Below the pieces are notes generated by a model. It saw only the letters and a list, made by a program, of their open reading frames with translations, searched no databases and was not told the DNA's origin. This document shows positions 29,447-37,388 of a DNA stretch of 64,000 bases, one piece after another. Numbering within the stretch: position 1 is the first letter of the stretch; every line of letters begins with the position of its first letter. Made by a program: the position numbers and the translations under genes. The stretch covers positions 384,001 through 448,000 of the forward strand of contig OZ252287.1 in the NCBI GenBank assembly GCA_965250085.1. The letters run 5' to 3'. The stretch is from Candidatus Altimarinota bacterium (lineage in GTDB: Bacteria; Patescibacteriota; Gracilibacteria; CAIRYL01).

Positions 29447-30577
29447 TCATACCACCACTCTCCGAATACTCTCACTGATATTCACCAGAATCTCATACGA
29501 AATCGTATTGGCCGCCTTAGCCATGTACTCAATAGAATGCGGAGCATTTTTTTCGATACCAATAACTTCTACCTCATCTCCAATACTGAGATCTGTGTTT
29601 TTCATATCAAAACACACCAGGTTCATATGAATTCTTCCGACTATAGGGAGGTTTGTATCTTTTGCTTTTACAAAACCGATATTGGAAAGACTTCGAGGGA
29701 GACCTTCATAATATCCCACAGGAAGAACTCCTATTTTCATAGCTTTTGGAGCGGTAAATATGCAGTTATACCCCACCTTGTCTCCTTCTTGAAGATAATT
29801 GGTATTTACCACAGTAGACATCAGCCTGAGAGCTGGTTTTACATCTTGGAGTTTTTCAGAAAGCTCATCTGTCGTCTGCAGAGGATTGTATCCATACAGA
29901 CCAATTCCCAGACGATATCCATTGATTCTTGGATCTTTGGTTTTGAGCGCTCCAGCGGTATTTGCCAGATGAATGTACTTGGGGAGAGATTTTCGCCCCT
30001 CCATGATGTCCAGGCACTCTGAAAACTTTTTCTCCTGCAAGGCAGTAAAGTCATTACTCTCCCCATCAGCATCGGCGAAGTGTGAGCACACTCCTTCCAA
30101 ATGTAAGTTTCTATATTTTTTGAGAGCATCCAGATATACATGAAGCTCCCCTGGCTGTATGCCTTGCCTATTGAGCCCCGTATTAATTTTGAGATGCACA
30201 CGAAATGGCTTTTTGGTTTTCCCTAACGCTTCAAAAGAGGCAAGGTCATACACCACAACAGATGTTTTATCAGTATCAAAGTATCTGTAGTTCTCTGAAG
30301 GATTGGGTCCGATCACGAGTACTTTTCTTTTTTTATCTCTTTTCCACACTTGAAGTGCCTCATAATAACTGTCAATAACAACAAATGGAGTCTCCGTGTC
30401 TTCTAAGATTGATATCATTTGAGCAATTCCATGACCGTATGCATTGGATTTGAGCACTGGAAAAAGGTGTTTCTGAGGAAGAAGGTTTTGAAATACTTTC
30501 ACGTTGTGAAGAATGTTTTTTTGCAGTATCTCTATTCGATTGAGCGTTTTGAGCCGGCGACGAAAAAGAGAGAGCAT
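29447..30577 (-). CDS. alr: Alanine racemase
   Basis: VLKSNAYGHG (PLP Lys), HLKINTG.NR.G, SHFADAD, R.GIGLYG, VGY, TISYEIL. Confidence 0.95.
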   Translation of the reverse strand: MLSLFRRRLKTLNRIEILQKNILHNVKVFQNLLPQKHLFPVLKSNAYGHGIAQMISILEDTETPFVVIDSYYEALQVWKRDKKRKVLVIGPNPSENYRYFDTDKTSVVVYDLASFEALGKTKKPFRVHLKINTGLNRQGIQPGELHVYLDALKKYRNLHLEGVCSHFADADGESNDFTALQEKKFSECLDIMEGRKSLPKYIHLANTAGALKTKDPRINGYRLGIGLYGYNPLQTTDELSEKLQDVKPALRLMSTVVNTNYLQEGDKVGYNCIFTAPKAMKIGVLPVGYYEGLPRSLSNIGFVKAKDTNLPIVGRIHMNLVCFDMKNTDLSIGDEVEVIGIEKNAPHSIEYMAKAANTISYEILVNISESIRRVVV

Positions 30578-30633
30578 AGAGTAAAAAAGTCTCTATCAGC
30601 TTACCATCCTATCCCCTGCAATCAAGATAGGGT

Positions 30634-32028
30634 TTATCTCTCAAGAATCTTTTTTAGAACATCTTCTACTTTTTCAGAAAGATTCTCTTCTGTTCCGCAG
30701 GAGATCCTTACGAGTCCGGAAGTAATGCCAACTTTTTGTCTTTCTTCTTCTGGCATCTCCGAATGAGTTGTTTCTGCTGGGATGGAATAATATGTCGTTG
30801 TCGCTCCCAGACTTACTGCTCCCTTTCCTACTCCTTCCCGAATCATAGTATTTATAAAACGATGCGCATCTTCTTGTGACGCGAAATAGAGAGAAACCAT
30901 TCCATTCAGGAGTTCATCCTTTGGAAAAGGTGTGCGAACATCTCTCATCTCTGCAAAGGTTGTACTATCTTCTATAAATCTGGTGAGAATGCCATTCTCC
31001 ATGGCTACACGTTTCACTTCTTTGGCGTTTTGGGTTGCCAGATATAGTCGTTCGGGCAAATCTTGCAGATTTTCAAGAAATCTTGATGCTGTGCGAGGCG
31101 CCATAACACCCCCTCCTACCATTCTTTCCCCTGTATGCAAATCACTAAATTGGTCAATAAGCTCTGATGTTCCAGAAACAGAACCTCCAAGATCTTCACT
31201 TCTTCCACCGATGTATTTGGTCATGGAGTGTATTGTAAAATTTATTCCCATTTCCGCAGGACAAATACTGATGGGGGTGAAGGTATTATCACAGATTGTT
31301 TTTGCTCCTACTCTTTGTGCTTCTTGCACAATGCTGGGAATATTCACAACCTTCAGGGTGGGATTATTGCAAGATTCAAAAAGAACCATACTTGTGTCAT
31401 CTGGAAGACCGTCTTTTTCAAATGTGCTTATCGGCAAGTGTTCAAATCTTCTTCCTGTTTGTTCGCAAGTTTTCATAAGTGCTGCATATGTTCCTCCATA
31501 TATACTTCCAACAACCACAATTTTGTCTCCGTCTATATATTTTTCATCGTCTCCTCCTCTTGAACCGTGTGTAAACTGGTAAATTGTGGCATTTATAGCT
31601 GCCATTCCGGATGCAAAAACTGCTGTTTTTTCAGTATGTTCCATTTGCGAAACAACCTTTTCCAAGAGCTGTATGGTTGGATTTGTCAGGCGACTGTATA
31701 TCCATACTTTTTCTAAGAGCTCTTCCAGGTCCGAATCTGTAATCTCCGATTCATCGAGCACCTCTGAAAACTGAGACCTTATAGTGGCAATTTGTTCTTG
31801 AATCAACGCTGGGTCCATTTTTTCCAATTCACCTCGAAAAGCAAGCTCCAGGCTCTCGGCATCGCCAAAAGCTTGCGTAGTATGGGCTTCTCCCAAGACG
31901 ACTGCTAGTGTATGATTTTTTCGAATAGCTTCTACAAGTTTTATTATCTCTAAATCGGTTGAGAGAGACTCGAAAGAAGAATTTGATGTTGCTGATTCAA
32001 GAGGCATAAACAATGGTAACCCGAACAT
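30634..32028 (-). CDS. Cys/Met metabolism PLP enzyme (methionine gamma-lyase-like)
   Basis: YSRLTNPT, ASGMAAI, YGGT, ES.NNP, DNTF, HSMTKY, AVSLG, GLVRIS.G. Confidence 0.85.
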   Translation of the reverse strand: MFGLPLFMPLESATSNSSFESLSTDLEIIKLVEAIRKNHTLAVVLGEAHTTQAFGDAESLELAFRGELEKMDPALIQEQIATIRSQFSEVLDESEITDSDLEELLEKVWIYSRLTNPTIQLLEKVVSQMEHTEKTAVFASGMAAINATIYQFTHGSRGGDDEKYIDGDKIVVVGSIYGGTYAALMKTCEQTGRRFEHLPISTFEKDGLPDDTSMVLFESCNNPTLKVVNIPSIVQEAQRVGAKTICDNTFTPISICPAEMGINFTIHSMTKYIGGRSEDLGGSVSGTSELIDQFSDLHTGERMVGGGVMAPRTASRFLENLQDLPERLYLATQNAKEVKRVAMENGILTRFIEDSTTFAEMRDVRTPFPKDELLNGMVSLYFASQEDAHRFINTMIREGVGKGAVSLGATTTYYSIPAETTHSEMPEEERQKVGITSGLVRISCGTEENLSEKVEDVLKKILER

Positions 32029-32176
32029 AGACTATTTCATTAAAGGATTTTTTGTCAAATATTGTATTGCCCTTCATAATAAAAAGTTTGATTTTTCTGT
32101 GTGAAACCGTAAAAATTCTCCGGACTCCTTGTCTGGCAATATTTACAAACTTTATACCTTTCTACTTTTTACTTTT

Positions 32177-32264
32177 TATGCCGCCATCGTCTCGTCAGCC
32201 TTTGATGCTCTGAGCGCAGCCGAAGAGGAACAAAGTGCGATCCCGAAGAACGGGATGGTTAGGA
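32177..32264 (+). pseudogene. Duplicated tRNA-Glu 5' fragment interrupted by a 63-bp hairpin insert
   Basis: tatGCCGCCATCGTCT-[63 bp]-TGGTTAGGA matches the 5' 24 nt of the adjacent tRNA. Confidence 0.75.
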
Positions 32265-32300
32265 AATAGAAGCAAGTGCACGTTAATATCATTGCAGTAT

Positions 32301-32375
32301 GCCGCCATCGTCTAGTGGTTAGGACGCCAGGTTCTCATCCTGGTAACAGGGGTTCGATTCCCCTTGGCGGTACCA
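32301..32375 (+). tRNA. tRNA-Glu (CTC)
   Basis: GCCGCCATCGTCTAGTGGTTAGGACGCCAGGTTCTCATCCTGGTAACAGGGGTTCGATTCCCCTTGGCGGTACCA. Confidence 0.96.
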
Positions 32376-32479
32376 GAAGCAAATTACTTGCACAAAATTC
32401 AGAGGCCCTGTAGCATTCCTCGGTCTTACTTTTCCTTCCCATTGCGAAATATGAGAAGGTATCTATAACCCACAAAGGT

Positions 32480-33001
32480 ATGAGCAAAGATCTCAAACAA
32501 TATGAAATCATGCTTCTGATCAGTTCTGATCTTTCAGAAGCAGGTGCAAAAGAAGAAATTGATACTTTCAAATCTACTCTCGCTAAACAAAAAGGCGAAG
32601 TAAATTTTGAAGATTTTTGGGGGAAACGAAAGTTAGCGTATCTCATTCAAAAACAAGATATGGGATACTACCATGTGATGCTCTTTACCTACCCAAGCGA
32701 TCAATTGAGTACCTTGAAAAATGATTTGGAACTCAACAAGTCTTTCTTGAGATATTTGATTACTATTCCTCCAAAAGAATATCAGCCCATTACCTCTGGA
32801 GAGATAGAAGCAAGCGAAGAAAAATACATGATAGAACTTGCTGCAAAGAAGGCGGGAAAGAAAAAGAAACCAACGGTAGCACCGACCTCTACGCCCGAAA
32901 AACCGAAGGTGCATAAAGAGATAGAAAAGACATCTACTGACAGTGCTGAGGAGAGGGCTAAAAAACTTGATAAGATCCTCAGTGAAGATTTGAATATTTA
33001 A
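32480..33001 (+). CDS. rpsF: 30S ribosomal protein S6 with long C-terminal extension
   Basis: YEIMLLI, WGKRKLAY.I.K...GYY, LRYL. Confidence 0.93.
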   Translation: MSKDLKQYEIMLLISSDLSEAGAKEEIDTFKSTLAKQKGEVNFEDFWGKRKLAYLIQKQDMGYYHVMLFTYPSDQLSTLKNDLELNKSFLRYLITIPPKEYQPITSGEIEASEEKYMIELAAKKAGKKKKPTVAPTSTPEKPKVHKEIEKTSTDSAEERAKKLDKILSEDLNI

Positions 33002-33027
33002 TTTAATATAATTTAATTTTTTTTCTC

Positions 33028-33234
33028 ATGGCAAAAAAAAGGAGATCTCCCTTGGCATTAGATACAAAGTATGTCGATTACAAAAATATTACTTTGCTCA
33101 GAAACTTTACAACATACTTTTGGAAGATTAAACCTCGGTATTACACTGGCGCAACACTCAGGCAACAAAAAATGGTTTCTCGCGCCCTAAAAAGAGCCCG
33201 ATTTATGGGGTTAATCCCGTATATAAGGGATTAA
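33028..33234 (+). CDS. rpsR: 30S ribosomal protein S18 (Cys-free form)
   Basis: VDYKN..LL..F, KI.PR..TG, QQ..V.RA.KRAR.MGL.PY. Confidence 0.93.
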   Translation: MAKKRRSPLALDTKYVDYKNITLLRNFTTYFWKIKPRYYTGATLRQQKMVSRALKRARFMGLIPYIRD

Positions 33235-33640
33235 CAAGTTCATAAAGTAAAAAGTTTTAAAGTTTGTAAAGTTGAAATGAAAATTGAGAGGTTTGAGGAC
33301 ATAATTGCATGGCAGAAAGCGAGAGAATTGACTGCTTTGATATATAAGATATTTAAAAATAATAAGGATTTTGGATTCCGTGACCAGATTCAAAGAGCCT
33401 CTGTTTCTATAATGAATAACATCGCAGAGGGTTTTGAAAGGGGAAGCAATCAGGATTTTAAAAGATTTCTTTTTATTGCAAAAAGCTCTTGTGGTGAAGT
33501 CAGATCGATGCTTCATATAGCACTTCCGATCGGATATGTCTCGCAGAAACAGTTTGAAAAGTTATATAATCTTACCTGTGAAATTTCTCGAACAATTTCA
33601 GGTCTCATAAAAACACTATAACTTTATAAACTTTTTAACT
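33235..33640. repeat. Inverted AAAGTT/AACTTT tandem arrays flanking the four-helix bundle gene
   Basis: aagttcataaagtaaaaagttttaaagtttgtaaagtt (5') and aactttataaactttttaact (3'). Confidence 0.8.
33277..33621 (+). CDS. Four-helix bundle protein (TIGR02436 / 23S rRNA IVP family)
   Basis: FEDIIAWQKA, DQIQRASVSIMNNIAEGFER, F..FL.IAK.S..E. Confidence 0.93.
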   Translation: MKIERFEDIIAWQKARELTALIYKIFKNNKDFGFRDQIQRASVSIMNNIAEGFERGSNQDFKRFLFIAKSSCGEVRSMLHIALPIGYVSQKQFEKLYNLTCEISRTISGLIKTL

Positions 33641-33647
33641 CACTCTT

Positions 33648-34402
33648 TTGTCTGGACATTCCAAGTGGCATTCCATCAAGCACAAAAAAGGAGCGGCGGA
33701 TGCAGCGCGCGGGAAAATATTTACTCGTCACGCCAATTTGATCACTTTGGCTGCACGAGAAGGAGGAGGCGATGCGGAAATGAATCCTTCCCTTCGCTTA
33801 GCTATTGATAATGCAAAATCTGTCAATATGCCAAATTCAAATATAGATCGAGCTATCAAAAGAGGCACAGGGGAAGACAAGGAAGGAGCTCAGTTTTTTG
33901 AAGTACAGTATGAAGGATACGGATCTGATGGAGTGGCAGTCATCGTTAATGCTCTGACAGATAATAAAAACAGAACTGTCGCCAGTATCCGTAGTATTTT
34001 TACAAAAAATGGAGGAAGCCTTGGAGAAACTGGATGTGTGAGCTACATGTTTCATAAAAAAGGAGTTATTATACTCCAAGTCTCTTCCGAACAAACAGAA
34101 GAGGTTGAATTGCTTGCCATTGATCTGGGAGTAGAAGATGTTCAAGAAAGTGAAGAAGGTCTTGAAATTACAACCCCATCAGATACCTTTTTTACGGTAA
34201 AAGAAAAATTGGAGTCATCTGGGGCACATATTGTCAAAAGTGAACTTCTGCTTATCCTGAAAACACAGTACAAATTGAAAATGAAGAATCTGCTCGAAAA
34301 ATACTTCACCTGATCGAAGCTCTCGAGGAAGACTCTGATGTCTCCTCTGTGTCTGCAAATTTTGATATTCCAGATGACATCTTAGGGCGCATTGCTGAGT
34401 AA
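33648..34402 (+). CDS. yebC: YebC/PmpR family protein, TTG start, 1-bp frameshift near 34247
   Basis: SGHSKW..IKHKK, YEGYG, TDNKNRT; the canonical tail LIEALEE.SDV..V.ANF is in another frame, ending at TAA 34402. Confidence 0.9.
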
Positions 34403-34497
34403 ATCAGTGACATAAAAATCAAAAAGGAGGGGTTTTTGCTTGCCTTGAATACGAAACGTGAGAAAATGAGCCTGTAATACTCTTGAGATATTTGTTT

Positions 34498-34926
34498 ATG
34501 GACTCTCAGGTTCTACAAAAACCTAACACCAATACTCAAAAAACAGAGGATTCTTCCTCTCCTCTTTTCATCTCTCATAAAGATCCTTCCGAGGCAAAGC
34601 TTGCTTTGGATGTTTTTGAAACAGGCACAGACCTTATACTCTTAGCTCCTCTTTCAGGTATTTATGTGGAAGAAGTAGAAGTTCTCCTCACAGAAGATGT
34701 GCTTACTATTTCTGGGAAAAGAGTATTTCCAGATGATATTGTACCCGAAAAATCAAAAGCTTTTTTAGAAGAATGCTATTGGGGTGGTTTTTCTCGTAGC
34801 ATCGTTCTCCCTGCAGCAGTGAATTCAGAAGATGCAACTGCAGAATTTATACGAGGAATTCTCACCATTCGTATACCAAAAGCCAAAAAAGTGAAGTCAA
34901 AAGTGATTCCTATTAAAATAGCATAA
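34498..34926 (+). CDS. Hsp20/alpha-crystallin family protein
   Basis: LDVFET, LTISGKR, ECYWGGFSRSI.LP, GILTIRIPK. Confidence 0.92.
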   Translation: MDSQVLQKPNTNTQKTEDSSSPLFISHKDPSEAKLALDVFETGTDLILLAPLSGIYVEEVEVLLTEDVLTISGKRVFPDDIVPEKSKAFLEECYWGGFSRSIVLPAAVNSEDATAEFIRGILTIRIPKAKKVKSKVIPIKIA

Positions 34927-35036
34927 CAGACTACTTTTCTCGAAAAGACAATTGGAACCTTTTGATTTTTAGGGCAAAAAGGAGTAGAATTATAAGATAT
35001 GTACACATTCAGATTCTCACTCGTTTTTTAAAAAAT

Positions 35037-35693
35037 ATGACTTCAAAAAGCGCCAAATACTCTTCATCAGATGCACATTATTCTCAGAAGATAATGGACC
35101 AATTGGCAACTTCTGAAGAATATAAAATAGCTGGTGAACACGAAAAAGCAATTGATATTGCAGAGAAGATTCTTTTAGACGATCCTTTGTGCTTAGCTGC
35201 TATAGAAGAGCTCGCTGATAATTTTCTTTCACTTGAGAAGTATAGCAAAGCAGAAAAATCTTCTGACTTCGCTCTCACATTAGATCCAAAAAGTTATATT
35301 GCCAACTATACCAAAGGATTTTTGGAGCTCTCTCATGGAAACTGGAAAAAAGCTGTGGGATATCTTCAAATCGCCAATGAAGGACAAACAAATAACCCCG
35401 AAATTTTACGATGTCTTGGATGGGGACTTTTTCATTCTGAGAATCAGATAGAAGGTCTTTCTACCCTTGATAGAGCACTTAATTTGCGTTCAGATGATCC
35501 CATGATCCTCTGTGATTTGGGAGTGTGCTGTCTTCACTGTAATTCATTTAAAAAAGCTGTTTCTCTCTTTGAGAAAGCATTAGAAGTTTCTCCTGGAAAT
35601 GTAAGAGCAGAAGAATGCCTTAAGGCCGCTCAAGATCTCAAAAACAAAATTGAAACTGCTCAAGAGGAGGAGGCATCACTTCCAAGTCTTTAA
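35037..35693 (+). CDS. Tetratricopeptide repeat protein
   Basis: Repeated LG...A...F.KAL...P.N pattern. Confidence 0.85.
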   Translation: MTSKSAKYSSSDAHYSQKIMDQLATSEEYKIAGEHEKAIDIAEKILLDDPLCLAAIEELADNFLSLEKYSKAEKSSDFALTLDPKSYIANYTKGFLELSHGNWKKAVGYLQIANEGQTNNPEILRCLGWGLFHSENQIEGLSTLDRALNLRSDDPMILCDLGVCCLHCNSFKKAVSLFEKALEVSPGNVRAEECLKAAQDLKNKIETAQEEEASLPSL

Positions 35694-35705
35694 AGAAATA
35701 GACCC

Positions 35706-36014
35706 GTGGCATTTATTGTCCATAATGAAGGATTTATTTGCTCGTATTGTGGCAAAAAAAATCCTCCTGCTGTGCGTACTTGCAGAAATCACTGCTATAC
35801 GTGTTTGTGCTCAAAGCACGTAGACGATGCAAGCCCTGGAGACAGAGCGTCCATGTGTAACGGAAAAATGGTTCCTATTAAAGTGATACCAGACTCAAAA
35901 AAAGATTGGATTATTCTTCATGAATGTCAAAAATGCGGAAAACAGATCCACAATAAAACAGCAGAAGATGATGATTTTGAACAGCTTTTGAAGATTGGAA
36001 AAAGTATATCGTAG
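35706..36014 (+). CDS. RNHCP domain protein
   Basis: F.C..CG, RNHC..CL.SKHVD..PGDRA..C.G.M, H.C..CG, A.DD. Confidence 0.9.
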   Translation: MAFIVHNEGFICSYCGKKNPPAVRTCRNHCYTCLCSKHVDDASPGDRASMCNGKMVPIKVIPDSKKDWIILHECQKCGKQIHNKTAEDDDFEQLLKIGKSIS

Positions 36015-36049
36015 GCATTTAATCATTGGGATATGTACTCACCTTGAGC

Positions 36050-36270
36050 CTTTAGTTCTTGGCTATTAGCTCTTAGGAGTAGGGATTGATTGCACAATCC
36101 CTACAACTGAATTCAACACGCATCGTATAGGGGCTCAAAATTTTGAGCCCTCTGTGTTTGCAACGCGCACTAGCGAAATGTAGAAGTAAAGCAATGTTCT
36201 GTCATTACTTTATGAACTTTCGACTTTTTTTATCCTGAATTTGTTGAAGGAATGGACTTTTGACTTTCAA
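36050..36270. repeat. Composite repeat cluster: two GTAG-type REPs plus tandem arrays
   Basis: GTAGGGATTGATTGCACAATCCCTAC (36079-36104), ATAGGGGCTCAAAATTTTGAGCCC (36127-36150), acttt arrays with tcctgaatttgttgaagga. Confidence 0.75.
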
Positions 36271-36297
36271 GGGTAACCAAATGGATCGCTCCTATGA

Positions 36298-37281
36298 CTA
36301 CTCTTGTGTTTCTACCTGTGCCAGCAGTATATCTGCTTGTGACTTTATTTTTTGTCCAATGGTCTGAGTTGATGGATCGTCTTCATAGGCGAGTCCTGCG
36401 AGTTCTTTTGCTTCATCTGCATATTGTACTAGGAGATCATTATCTCCTTCCAGTCCTGCTTTGTATGCCAAACAGAGAATCTTGAATCCTCTTGCTATTT
36501 TGTGAGCGGCTTGCACAATTCCTTCTTCTGGAGCCATACTGAGAGCTTGCTCGGCATAAAACACAGCATCACTGGCATCGGTCAGTGCCTGCTGAATGTT
36601 ATCTTCATTGAGATCCACGAGTACGTTTACGAGCTTTGATTCTGTAATGCTCAGCATCTTCTGAACATCTCCCCCTCTTTCTATGACGAGAAGTTTATAA
36701 ATAATTTCCGCACATTCTGCACGAGTGAGGAATCTTTCCGGTTCGAGTCTATTATCAAGCGAGGGGATAATGAGTCCCAATGTCTTTGCGTAACTCAGAT
36801 ACGGGAGGAACCATTGGCCCTCGGCAGTATCTGCCGAAATTGCTCCTACATCTTGGTGATTAGAAATATCCTCTTCAAAGGCCTGGATGAGCATTTTGAG
36901 AAATTCTGCCTTGTTGACCTGTCTCGCTGGTGCCAGATTTCCAGTCTTTCCGTCTCCCTTTACAATTCCCAGTGCCCGTGCCGTGACCGCATATGGTGCA
37001 AACCAGTCATCAGCGCTCGCATCTGGAAATCCTGTTTCTGTTACTTCTGTTGAAACTTCTATCCCAGCACTAATCAGGATCATTTTGAGTGCCTCCACAC
37101 GATTGACCGGTCCCTCGGGACCAAAATTGCCATCTGCATATCCATTGATGATTTCTAGATTTTTAAGAGACTCAATAGCCACATATTGTGGATGCGTTTC
37201 CGGTACATCTGGAAACGTTGCTGCTGTTGCGATGGAGAAATAAGAAGCAAACGCAAGGACGAATATAATGAGCCGTTTCAT
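36298..37281 (-). CDS. Secreted SLH-domain protein with helical C-terminus
   Basis: Signal peptide, three SLH repeats (FPDV, GY.DG.F.P, NR.EA.K, TRAE). Confidence 0.88.
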   Translation of the reverse strand: MKRLIIFVLAFASYFSIATAATFPDVPETHPQYVAIESLKNLEIINGYADGNFGPEGPVNRVEALKMILISAGIEVSTEVTETGFPDASADDWFAPYAVTARALGIVKGDGKTGNLAPARQVNKAEFLKMLIQAFEEDISNHQDVGAISADTAEGQWFLPYLSYAKTLGLIIPSLDNRLEPERFLTRAECAEIIYKLLVIERGGDVQKMLSITESKLVNVLVDLNEDNIQQALTDASDAVFYAEQALSMAPEEGIVQAAHKIARGFKILCLAYKAGLEGDNDLLVQYADEAKELAGLAYEDDPSTQTIGQKIKSQADILLAQVETQE

Positions 37282-37388
37282 AATGTTTGTATAAAATAAG
37301 TATTCGGCAAAAAGATACGCCCTTTCAAAAAAAAAGTAAACAAAAATATCAGATCACTAAAATTTCACGAGCAAGCTCTTAAAAACAT

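Noticed and set aside
32193-32255. Self-splicing tRNA intron
   Set aside because: Far too short for a group I or II intron, and the upstream copy lacks its own 3' tRNA half
33277-33621. Diversity-generating retroelement suggested by the Avd-like protein
   Set aside because: No reverse transcriptase and no TR/VR pair differing at adenines was seen in the window
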